A DNA stretch of 64,000 nucleotides, taken from the NCBI RefSeq assembly GCF_006345805.1, contig NC_042997.1, forward strand, positions 43,896,001-43,960,000. Reading direction: 5' to 3'. Source of the stretch: Octopus sinensis. Its lineage: Eukaryota. Made by a program: the position numbers and the translations under genes. Of this stretch, positions 1 through 10,689 are shown piece by piece. Position 1 is the stretch's first letter; every line of letters starts with the position of its first letter. The notes under the pieces are model-generated. The model was not told where the DNA came from, did no database searches, and saw only the letters and a list, made by a program, of their open reading frames with translations.

Positions 1-53
1 AAATTGTGTATGTATCTTGTTTTATGTATATATTTATATTTTGAATATACTTT

Positions 54-182
54 ATAATCTCTGACAAAGCCTATGTATATATATATAAGTACCTCATTTT
101 TAACTGCCTACCACCTCAATACAGTTGACATGAATAGGTACAAATTGCTTTTTTCCATAGGCTGAAACAGCTTTAAGTGATT
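54..182 (+). ncRNA. Decayed hammerhead ribozyme relic
   Basis: aatct-CTGACAA-AGCCTATG(68-75)...CATAGGCT(156-163)-GAAA-CAGCT-TTA-agtgatt. Stem II is a perfect 8 bp, but there are core substitutions at G8 and G16.2. Confidence 0.5.
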
Positions 183-404
183 TTAATCATTTATATTAAT
201 GTTTCTTTTAATAACTACTTGTATTCTTATCTTATATGCATTGAATTTTATACTGTATATATATATATATATATGTATGTTATTATGGTTGTCGTTTTGA
301 AAAATAAATAAGTGAACATTCTAATATCCTAAAGCTGATAAACCAACTAATGTGTTTCTCCATTTTCTTATTTGTAATATATATATATATATATATATCG
401 AAAT

Positions 405-743
405 CGAATTGAACCAGCCAGGATCCCTGGTCTGGTGGTACGTAAAAAGCACTATCCGACTCGTGGCCGATGCCAGCACCGCCTCGACTGGCTTCCGTGC
501 CGGTGGCACATAAAATACACCAATCTGACCGTGGCCGTTGCCAGCCCCGCCTGGCACCTGTGCAGGTGGCACGTAAAAAGCACCCACTACTCACGGAGTG
601 GTTGGCGTTAGGAAGGCATCCAGCTGTAGAAACATTGCCAATTAGACTGGAGCCTGGTGCAGCCTTCTGCTTCCCAGAACCCCGGTCGAACTCCAACCCA
701 TGCTAGCATGGAAACGATTAAACGACGATGATGACGATGATGA

Positions 744-745
<2 letters not shown>
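405..745 (+). mobile_element. RTE-LINE 3' UTR-derived short repeat
   Basis: ~52-bp internal units (gtggcacgtaaaaagcac...) and (GAT)n tail. Other copies lie at ~12853-13110, 19340-19680, 21700-21870, 47700-47910, 54660-54842, 58050-58300, 61565-61655 and 62700-62980. Confidence 0.8.
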
Positions 746-774
<29 letters not shown>

Positions 775-875
775 TTTAAATAGGATAAAATCTTTATAAG
801 AAATTATCAAGTAGTTAGCGTGAAAAACCTCGTAAGAGAAAAATTCTGTAAATTTTTCCAACTTTGAAAATACTT

Positions 876-1118
876 ATTTATATTATATAGAGGGTACTAT
901 TATTCATAGGTACCGCACGCTAGGAGGGACTTTGCAGTCAAAACTACTAAAATAAACAAATTGTACCGAATGCAAAACTTCAAAGCGAGTCATTTAAAAA
1001 CATGACTCGCTTTGAAGTTTTGCATTCGGTACAATTTATTTATTTTAGTAGTTTTGACTGCAAAAGTCCCTCCTAGCGTGCGGTACCTATGAATAATAGT
1101 ACCCTCTATATAATATAA

Positions 1119-1120
<2 letters not shown>
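876..1120. repeat. Long inverted repeat / fold-back hairpin
   Basis: Arms 876-993 and 1002-1120, loop ttaaaaac. One mismatch and one indel seen. Abuts (TA)n. Confidence 0.95.
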
Positions 1121-1157
<37 letters not shown>

Positions 1158-1221
1158 GGAGTAAACACATAAATGTGAAACAAGGTGGAAAAAAGAGTAC
1201 TCAAATACCAGTGGTAGAGTA

Positions 1222-1472
1222 ATATGCTTTATTTAAAGCAGCAGAAAATTCAACAAAATCTGTTACTCTGAGTTTCTTGTTGCCGTTCATCAGACAGTTT
1301 TTGCTAGAATGGAACCGATATATCAATTCAATCCAGACTCTCAATTCAATCCAGAGTCTGGATTGAATTGATATATCGGTTCCATTCTAGCAAAAACTGT
1401 CTGATGAACGGCAACGAGAAACTCAGAGTAACAGATTTTGTTGAATTTTCTGCTGCTTTAAATAAAGTATAT
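1222..1472. repeat. Long inverted repeat (Penelope-like terminal segment) containing two hammerhead copies
   Basis: Arms 1222-1341 and 1353-1472 (120 bp, 2 mismatches seen) with an 11-nt loop. The unit 1156-1472 is flanked by (TA)n on both sides. Confidence 0.95.
1393..1439 (+). ncRNA. Minimal type I hammerhead ribozyme motif (mirror copy on minus strand at 1255-1301)
   Basis: AAAACUGU-CUGAUGA-ACG(GCAA)CGA-GAAA-CUCAGAG-UA/ACAG-A-UUUU. It has a GNRA-capped short stem II, a tiny quasi-palindromic stem III and a GUA cleavage triplet. Confidence 0.7.
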
Positions 1473-1603
1473 ATATATATATATAATATTGATACAAAAC
1501 GTAAATTTTAAAATTTAATCATGTCAAGAAGAACAAATTAAAACAACAGGTGTTTACATGCAATATTCATATACCATAAAATGCTCAATATGCAAACCAT
1601 TAC

Positions 1604-1726
1604 CTTAAATCCAGCTTTAGCACCTGACTGCAAGTCTGATTCAATATTTCCTGGGTCCAGGTAAGCAATGCTCATCAAGAAGCCAGGGCCAGTGAAAGCC
1701 CATAATTTACGAAAACTGAATTTATA
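1604..1726 (-). CDS. SLC11A2: NRAMP/SLC11 divalent metal transporter (DMT1/Malvolio-like), internal coding exon with TM1 signature
   Basis: 123-bp phase 0-0 exon bounded by tttcag| and |GTAATG. It encodes [41 protein letters not shown], which contains the NRAMP DPGN motif. Downstream exons lie left of the window. The symbol means SLC11A2-like; the invertebrate gene may be co-orthologous to SLC11A1 and SLC11A2. Confidence 0.97.
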
Positions 1727-3469
1727 CTGAAACATAAAACATCAATAATATAACAATGAGAAAAAAGAATTACTTTTGATCTGTCATTTCAAAATGATGA
1801 ATATTCAGTACTAGTGGCCTGGGAAAACACCTGGAGATTAATGACTGATGCATGTAGTGAAAAAAAAACAACCTCACAGTCCAGCCCATGTTGACGTGTG
1901 GTGGTTTGTGTACCTTGATGACACTGAGAGCTATGAAAACAGGGAGCAAGTCCTTGGTAGGGCTTCCAATGCTAGACAGGTTAAAGGATAGTGGCAAGAC
2001 TAACATGGACCATGCTAATCAAGAAGCCAGGGCCAGTGAAAGACTAATATGGACCATGCCTTCCCAGAGGTAAAAATGGATTTGTGTAGGGCCAACACCC
2101 CTACCTAGAAAAAAGCAAATTTACAGAAGCACTGATGACAATTCAAAAGTAACAAGACCTGGAAGAATAAGGCCTTTCCTCAGGGAAACATATGGCCAGA
2201 AGGAGAGGTCCTAAAATACTAACAGAGAACTGAAAAAAGCAGGGATCTCTCTGGAGAGAAGCAGAACAAACAGCCCAGTGTTGAGAACAGTGGAGAAAAG
2301 TCATTGATATGACTTCAGTGCACAGAGAAAGTGAAGGCCTTAAGTAAGTGAAACAGTGTAAATGACCACAAGGTATATTATGTAAATGGATTGTTGTGAT
2401 CAGTGAAAAGATACCACTGCTGAGAGAAGAGCTTAACTATAGAAGAGGAAGAACATATGTGTGATGGGGGACGGTTGAGGCACAGATTTATCAGATGTGG
2501 TGACAAAAGGTTGACAGTGAATACAATATGTCATACTATAAGATTTGGCCAATTTACACCAGTATGGAAAAATGAAAGTTAAAATAAAGATCATGATAAT
2601 GATAATGATGGCAGTAACACCACCTCAGGCAGTTATGACTTACTGGTTCCCCTAACGATATTATATGCTTTTGTATATCAACCATTCAGTTCTATTCATA
2701 TACAACTCTTACTGTCTTCAAGTTCTCGTACAGGAAGGTGTACGTCTATGTATATATCTAATGTAATATCCAGTCTTCTGTAATAACTATGATACGTGAT
2801 AAATGATGAACAGCCGAAACAAGAAGCTCAACACATTGGTCTTCACTTATCTTCATAAAATTCCATGTAGCTATGTGGGTAAGAAGCTTCCTTATCAACA
2901 ATATGGTCTTGGGTTCAGTCACAGTGCATGGCAATTTGGGCTAGTGTCTTCTACAATATCCCCTATGTTATGTGAACGGAATTGGTAGACAGACACTGAA
3001 AGAAGCATGTTGTATGTATATGTATGCATATGGACAAAGTTTTGGGACTTCCAGCTTGTGAATATCCTACATATAATTGCCCATGAGAGAAGCAAGGTTA
3101 ATTCCAACAACGTTGAGAGATTGTGCTTGAGATTTGTTTATGGACATAGCAAAACTTCTGGAGCCGTTTAAATTCATAGGAGAGGTCAGATGGGATTATG
3201 GGATCCGTGGAATGAAGACATCGTCACCCTTATATTTCCCAAGAGAAATGAATTTTGGTGGTAAGGACTAAACTTTATGTTTCATTAACGCAATTAAAAA
3301 GCATTTATCTTTAAAAAAAAAGAGGTGGGGGTCATAGACGCATGACAGAATTATTCAATATCATGTTTGCTTCTATCAGAACTGTTTACCTTTAAAGTGA
3401 AAAAACAAAATCAACAGAAATGACAGGTACGTAAAATATATTTCTGTTTTTGAAAAAAAGTTTTAAAAT

Positions 3470-5131
3470 TAGTGACCCCTGCTAGAACTTTCCCTGAGTA
3501 ATGAAGAACCTACATGCCAAATTTGGTACAGATTGATCCAGCAGTTTAGCCTTGCATAGAGGAAACACACACACACACAGTGAATTTTATAGATGCCATG
3601 CTTATGCAGAGCAGGTAGAAAAAGAGGTATATCACTCTAACAATGGATAAATTAATGTGGGTCACTCATTATCTATTTCGACTTTTCATGGCATAGAAAA
3701 GATTAAGAGTGAAGTGGGGAACACATAGATCTGTGTTACTCCTTAACAGAACAATAGGTCATATGCCTAGGGGAAAATTGTAGATTCAATTTCGAATCTG
3801 AGGTAGGACCAATATCCAAGTAGAGATAGTCACATCAGATTTAAATATGAAATATCAAGTATACTCTAGCTAATGTGAAGGCACGTGGCTCAGTGGTTAG
3901 AGCGTCGAGCTTACGATCGTGAGGTTGTGAGCTCGAATCCCAGACCGGGTTGCGTGTTGTGTTCTTGGGCAAGACACTTTATTTCACGTTGCTCCAGTTC
4001 ACTCAGCTATAGAAATGAGTTGCGATGTCACAGGTGCCAAGCTGTATCGGCCCTTGCCTTTCTCTTGGACAACATCAGTGACGTGGAGAGGGGAGGCCGG
4101 TATGCATGGGCGACTGCTGGTCTTCCATAAAACAACCTTGCCCAGACTTGTACATCAGAGGGTAACTCTCTAGGTGCAAACCCATGGTCAGTGTCTGACT
4201 GAGGGGGGTTACCACCATGACTCTAGCTAATATTATTAGGTCCATTCCATGAACAATTATTTGAATAACTCATGTTGATAACTCATGTTTGGCTGTGCAC
4301 AGAGGAAACACACACACACAGAGTAAGAATAAAAGTGAAACAATTAGCAAAAGAATAAAAGCGAAACAAAATTATAGTCTTCCGAACAATTATTTGAGTA
4401 ACTCAAATCGATGTCTCAAACTTATGACATGGGAATATTGAACTTCAAAAGTTATAAAGTTTATCTTATAAATTAAAAGATATCTTACAGTGTATAAGTG
4501 TGTGTCTGTATGAAGACCTTTTGCTATTTAGAAACCTTACTGTTTCTTTTTGTTCAAACCTCGTTTCATTATCACAATTAAAAAGCATTTCAGAACCGTT
4601 TACCATTAAAGCGATAAAACAAAACTGACATAATTTCCAGACAGCCAAATTTGGTACAGATTGATGCTGCAGTCTGGCCGTGCATAGAGGAAACAAACAC
4701 ACACACAGTAAGAATAGAAGTGAAACAATTAGTGAAAGAAGAAAAATGAAATAATATTATAGTCTTATGAAAAGTGAAAGAATAAAAGTGAAACTATTAT
4801 ACCACTGTAAAAAAAAATCGGAAGGTTCATACAGGGTGAGCTACAGCCTCCTACATGGACAAGGGCTAAAATCTGAGCCCCCTGTAACCTTCCCTGAGTA
4901 ATGAAAAACCTTCATGCCAAATTTGGTATTGTACCACTGAAAAATAAAAAATGGAAGGGTCGTATAGAGGGGGGGCTACAGTCCCCTATATGGGAAAGGG
5001 CCAAAATTTGACCCCACTAGAACTTTTCCCGAGTAACGAAAAACTTTCATGCCAAATTTGGTACAGATTGAGCAGTTTGGCTGTGCATAGAGGAAACACA
5101 CACACACACACTGAATTTTATATATATAGAT
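3470..5131 (-). mobile_element. Cluster of fragments of a Helitron-like family with internal tandem units
   Basis: Recurring units (ccaaatttggtacagattga...gcatagaggaaacacacac) at ~3520, ~4300, ~4650 and ~5060. The minus-strand ATCTATATATATAAAA 5'-type end is near 5131. A SINE interrupts the cluster. Confidence 0.45.
3875..4219 (+). mobile_element. tRNA-derived SINE with 12-bp TSD
   Basis: A box TGGCTCAGTGG, B box GCTCGAATCC, central ttgggcaagacactt domain. TSD actctagctaat at 3863-3874 and 4220-4231. Confidence 0.85.
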
Positions 5132-6170
5132 ATATATCTTTTATCTTTCCCTTGTTTCAGTCATTAGACTGCAGCCATGCTGGGGCATCACCTTCAAGAA
5201 TTTTTTGTCGAATGAACCAACATCAGAACTTCTTTCGTTTTGTTTTTTTAAGCCTGTTACTTTATCAGTCACTTTACCGAACCGCTAAATTACAGGGAGG
5301 CAAGCAGTGGGGAGAGACAAATACACACACACACACACATATACAACGGGCTTCTTTCAGTTTCCATCTGCCAAATCCATTCACAAGGTTTTGGTTAGCC
5401 TGAAATCCTCATCATCATTTCAATATCCATTTTCCATGCTTTCTTGCATGGGTCACATGGTATACCTTAAATTTAACTGGAGGAATCTCAAAGTTATTAG
5501 CTTGAATTTTGCTTCAGAACTCTACCCACGTTTTTATATATAAAAATTCGATTCAGAGATTTGATCACTGACTATTTGGTGCTTCTAAGACAGATGAAAT
5601 CATATCGGTTGTAATACAGGACATATTATAAAGAAGAAACATATCATCAAAAGGATTTTGTATGATGGTCGAAATGATATGAATATTGATGTAAACTGCC
5701 CTAATATTAAGAAATAGATCCAAATGCATTGATTAGATAATCACTTAAGCTGCATAACTAGCAGGTGGAATAACAATTGTTATGTTAAATTTGCAGAGAA
5801 ATATCAAAGAGAAGAGTGTGTGGGTGGGTGAGAGATGGAACTGCAAAGATCAATTTCAAATCATACTGGTGGATTTTATAGTTAAAAAAAAAAAAGAGCT
5901 GGCTCACAGAAACCTTTCTTCCTGTTTCTCAATGCCAGCTGCAATAGTGGAGTTAACAGCATGGGATAAAGATCGCAATCTGCTCTCATGACTTGCTGAA
6001 AGTAGTTAAATTTTTTTTACCTAGCTGATATGATCAATACTGCGGCTGGTGCTAGATACAGCCTAATGGCTCAGGATTGGAAGTGAGTGGGAGAAGACCC
6101 AAGAAGCAATTTATTTCTCATGTGAAAGGCATATATGAGAAGTGTAATGTTCTCATCATCGCTATGGATA

Positions 6171-6554
6171 GGAAGCACTCCGTCGGTTACGACGACGAGG
6201 GTTCCGCTTGATCCGAATCAACGGAACAGCCTGCTCGTGAAATTAATGTGTAAGTGGCTGAGCACTCCACAGACACATGTACCCTTAACGTAGTTCTCGG
6301 GGATATTCAGCGTGACACAGAGAGTGACAAGGCCGGCCCTTTGAAATACAGGTACAACAGAAACAGGAAGTAAGAGTGAGAGAAAGTTGTGGTGAAAGAG
6401 TACAGTAGGGATCACCACCATCCCCTGCCGGAGCCTCGTGGAGCTTTTTAGGTGTTTTCGCTCAATAAACACTCACAACGCCCGGTCTGGGAATCGAAAC
6501 TGCAATCCTACGACCGCGAGTCCGCTGCCCTAACCACTGGGCCATTGTGCCTCC
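6171..6554 (-). mobile_element. tRNA-derived SINE (family B)
   Basis: Head GGAGGCACAATGGCCCAGTGGTTAGGG...TTCGATTCC; near-identical to 13738-14120. Confidence 0.85.
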
Positions 6555-6930
6555 CATCATTGCTATAAAAGCCTATTGTCTCTGAAGGTTGTAGATGCAG
6601 AGAATAAGGTGGAACATTCCAGATTCATCTTTCTAGTATATTTGAACTGAAATCCTACATGATGCTGCATCATCACGATGCATTCCAATTGGAAAATAAT
6701 CTGGTGATGCCAGTCCCTATTTCAGTTCTTTTATTTATTTATTTATTTTTACTGGTTTCAGTCATCTGACAGCACCCATGCTGGAGCACCACCTTAAGGG
6801 GTTTTTAGTCAAAGAAATCAACCTCAGGACTTATTCTATCAGTGTCTCATGCCAAACCGCTAAGTTACGGGGACATAAACACACCAAGATCAATTGTCAA
6901 GTGACGGTGTGGGGAGACAAACACAAACAC

Positions 6931-6967
<37 letters not shown>

Positions 6968-7105
6968 GATGAGTACAGCGAAAATTTAGATTTAGATGAA
7001 TATGGTACTTAAGTTGAGGCACCAAAATTTAGTACGGAATTATCCATACAATTTCAAAATGGGGTGATTAAAATCAAAATAAGCAACAAGGATATCCAGA
7101 GGTAA

Positions 7106-7192
7106 TGCAGTACGATCGTTTCATGCAACTCCATTTAATTGAACAATGCAATCATTACATCAATTGAAAATGCAGAGCCATCTTCAGCTGCA
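7106..7192 (-). ncRNA. Type I hammerhead ribozyme motif (Penelope-like-element minimal type)
   Basis: Minus strand reads UGCAG-CUGAAGA-[long imperfect stem II]-GAAA-CGAUCG-UA/CUGCA. Stem I is 5 bp, stem III is the palindrome ACGAUCGU, and the cleavage triplet is GUA. Confidence 0.7.
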
Positions 7193-7791
7193 CAAAGATA
7201 TAGAATTTAATTAAATCAGAACAGATGGACAGATTAGTATAATCATACCTAAAAATGGAGATTTTAGTATAGCAGTCAATTTCAGCCAACAGGATAACAT
7301 GGTATGATAAGCCTCATAACGGCTTAAAAAAGGAAGACGAATGTCAAGTGAGGCAGTGGGCATAAGGATTCTGAGTTGCTAAGAAACAAAACACTTAGCC
7401 CAGTAGTCATAATGACTGAGAAATTGAACAAGTAATCTTCAGATGCAGCTGACAGAATGAGAAGCTTGACAGGACATTGTTAATGGTTCAACATCTTCAC
7501 AGCAACCAGCGAATTAAAATTTGAAATAAAAATATTAAAAGAGAAAGTGAGAGACTTTGCAAATGAAAATGAAATACTCTGCAGTGAATGCAATGAATAT
7601 TTAAATTTGTGAGAAATTGGAGTTAAAAAATTCAATAGACTTGAGAAATCAAAAATCAAAGGAAATTTCTTAGAACATGAATTCATAAAAATATTTCCGG
7701 ACAGTCAACTCTTTGATAATTGCTTTCTTTTAGAACTTTTAGTAATTGGTACACACCTAATTAATAAGCAGCTTTCTCCATTATAGAATAG

Positions 7792-8245
7792 ATTCCCGGC
7801 TGAATTCGGACCCACAATCCTGAAATTTTAGATTCCCAAGTTTACATTACTGCGATTGTTGATCGTGATTTTTTGCAACAAATCTTTTTGTACAATAACA
7901 ATTTTTATAATCTAAAGGCTGACTCCCTGATTAAATTAAAAGCATTCCAAGCCGAATCTGGACTTGCAATCCTGAAGTTTTGGATTCCCAAGTTTTCAAT
8001 ACTGCGACTGTTCCCAGTGATTTTTTTTTTTACGTGACCTTTTGCGATGAATTTTTTTGTACAATAACAATTTTTATAATCTAAAGGCTGACTCTGTGAG
8101 TAAATTAAAAACATTCCTGGCCAAATCTGGACCTGCAATCCTGAAATTTTGGATTCCCAAGTTTTCATTACTCTGATTGTTTTTGGTGATTTTTTACGTG
8201 ATTTTTAGCAACAAACTTTTTTGTACGATAACAATTTTTATAACT
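7792..8245. repeat. Three diverged tandem units of ~150-170 bp
   Basis: Units start at 7792, 7944 and 8113 (attcc..caatcctgaa..ttggattcccaagtttt..tgtacaataacaatttttataa). Confidence 0.85.
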
Positions 8246-8332
8246 TGGAAATGAATTTTGGAAATAATTGAAATTAATTGCAAAATCCAGCAGGTAAAAA
8301 AGTAAAAGTTGAATCACTAAAAATGAACTTAC

Positions 8333-8430
8333 ATCCTCTGTTTCTGGTATTTGTATTTTCTGTTCAAAATATGTAGATCTCGTAGGAGTATTATTTCTCG
8401 TATCATCATGTGTATTTTCCTCGTCATTAT
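8333..8430 (-). CDS. SLC11A2: NRAMP N-terminal coding exon
   Basis: 98-bp phase 1-0 exon, ttcaag|ATAATG...GAGGAT|GTAAGT. It encodes (D)NDEENTHDDTRNNTPTRSTYFEQKIQIPETED. TYFEQKIQIPE resembles the TYFxEKIxIPE segment preceding FSFRKLW in NRAMP2, and the exon joins in frame to 1604-1726. Confidence 0.9.
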
Positions 8431-9506
8431 CTTGAAATAAAAAAAAAAATCAAGAAATTTCATTAAAAAAAAGTCAAATTTGGGATCCAGTTCAAAAACA
8501 AAGGTTTTACAGTTTATTTTGTAGTATTCAAATTTCTAAGACAAAGCACCAATTAGTGTATGTGCATGTATTTGCAGGTGGAATATGGTAACAATGCATG
8601 TGTGCAATTACCTCTGGCCACATGTAAATTGTCCAAATGTACAAAACAATAAAAAACACAAGTTCTACCCAGAGGATTTGAACTCTAGAGTTACAAATTA
8701 GTAGCTCAATGCTCTATAAACTCCATCACTTCATTTCTATATCAGTTCAGTGAAACCTGAGCTATTTACCAATTCATAAGTCCTCTTAGGAAAACATTTA
8801 CATTTTGAGAGTAGAGTTGTTAGTGATACAAACAGTATGAGGACAGAGTAAAGAAATTCTAGTGAAGTTGAATAAAATGACACAGAATTAAGGTGAGATG
8901 GATTGCAGAGAACCCAAACCCATACAAGAGCAAAAACTATTAAGTGTTAAAATGACGATGACACTCATCATCAGGAGTAGCAAAGAGACAAAAATAGTAA
9001 AACTCCAAAATCTTCCTAATTCTGGCACAAGGCCAACAATTTTGAGAGAAGGGGTTAATCGATTACATCATCCGCAGTGCACAACTAGTACTTATTTTAT
9101 CAACCCAAAATTATGAAAAGCCAAGCCTAACAGTGTCCATTTTCCTAAGAATACTTAGTTTCATTCCTTTACATTTTAAGTTCAAATCTATTCCCTTCAA
9201 CTCTATCTTTCATTCTTCTGGGATAAAATAGGTACAAGAATTGGGATTGTGTGGGTAAAATAAATGAAAAATAACAGGCAATGACAGTACAGTTCAATAG
9301 ATGCTACATATGTTTCAATAGCATTGCAGTTTATTCACAATCAGTGTATTACATAGTCCAAAATCACCAGCCATTTCTTCAGGCATTTTGAACCATCAGG
9401 AAAAGAAATCAGTTTCATTTTCCTCATGGCTTGCAAATGCTTGAAGAAATGGCTAATGATATTAGCTTATGTATTAAAGGTTGTGAATAAATTGCCATGT
9501 TATTCG

Positions 9507-9699
9507 TTTCTTTGTTTCAGTCATTTGACTGCGGCCATGCTGGAGCAACACTTTTAGTCAAGCAAATCGACCCCAGGACTTATTCTTTGTAAGCCTAGTA
9601 CTTATTCTATCAGTTTCTTTTGCCGAACTGTTAAGTTACAGGGATGTAAACACACCAGCATCGGTTGTCAAGCGATGTTGGAGGGACAAACACAGACGC

Positions 9700-9737
<38 letters not shown>

Positions 9738-9900
9738 TACATACACGACGGGCTTCTTTCAGTTTCCATCTACCAAATCCACTCCCAAGGCTTTGGTCGG
9801 CCCGAGGCTATAGTAGAAGACACTTGCCCAAGGTGCCATGCAGTGGGACTGAACCCGGAACCATGTGGTTGGCAAGCAAGCTACTTACCACAGCCACTCA
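9507..9900 (-). mobile_element. High-copy tRNA-derived SINE (family A) with internal CA/TA microsatellite
   Basis: Head GAGTGGCTGTGGTAAG...GGGTTCAGTCCC, then caccttgggcaagtgtcttct, tail gactgaaacaag. There are many copies in the window. Confidence 0.85.
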
Positions 9901-10276
9901 GCATTTTTTGAATTGCCATTGTCCATCATCATAAATCATATTTCTTCACCTGTGACATATGAAGCTGATGTTGCTACAGGGATTGGAATTGTGAACTACC
10001 TCATATCATTAAGCAATTGTAATTACCCTAATTAATCTTGTGATTGGACAATAAAACAGAACATTAATCTATTAGCATTCCAGCAGTGTACACCACCAGT
10101 AAACTGCATGCTAGACACTACCAAGCTGATAACCATGAGTAGTAAGATTCAAACCAAAGGATGGAAGACATGGGATGAAGTATCGAAAAACGACCTCAGG
10201 ACACTGAACTTTTCAGGCGAAATGACAAAGGATTGGGATGCCAGTCAGAGTTACAAAAATAAAAACTTATTTAGAA

Positions 10277-10672
10277 CTAGCAGTATCGCCCGGCGTTGCT
10301 CGGGTTTGTAAGGGAAATAACTATTTAAGCATTTTTAGAGATGTAAAGTATAATAGCCATCTCAATATGGCTAACCACAAAGGGGGGGTGTTACTGTAGC
10401 TTTTTACGTTCTGAGATTTAATAATAAATTTTTAGAGAGTTACTTCCCTTATATATGCCAAAAATGCATTAAAAATGGGAAAAATTGATGGTAATTTTTT
10501 TTTTTAATCGTAGACTCATCCTAGACGCGCGCTAATACCCAGAAGGGCTTGATATGAATCACGACTATAAGATACCCAGTTTTGGTTAAACTGCACCGCA
10601 AAATGTGGGAGTAGTCAGGAATCTAAATCAGAGGAGACAGACAGCACACAACCTCTCTTTTATATATAAAGA
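10277..10672 (-). mobile_element. Non-autonomous Helitron
   Basis: Minus strand starts A|TCTTTATATATAAAAG and ends with a CCCG...CCGGG hairpin followed by CTAG|T. Confidence 0.85.
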
Positions 10673-10689
10673 TAATAATGCAGTAAAAC

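Noticed and set aside
800-870. Possible further hammerhead relic next to hairpin 876-1120
   Set aside because: Only AACCTC and AATTCTGTA fragments fit. No CUGANGA or clean GAAA is present, so it is too degenerate to call.
3878-3950. tRNA-like sequence with A and B boxes (also the heads at ~6480-6554, ~14045-14120 and ~8665-8725)
   Set aside because: These continue into SINE bodies with TSDs, and the acceptor stems do not close. They are SINE heads, not tRNA genes.
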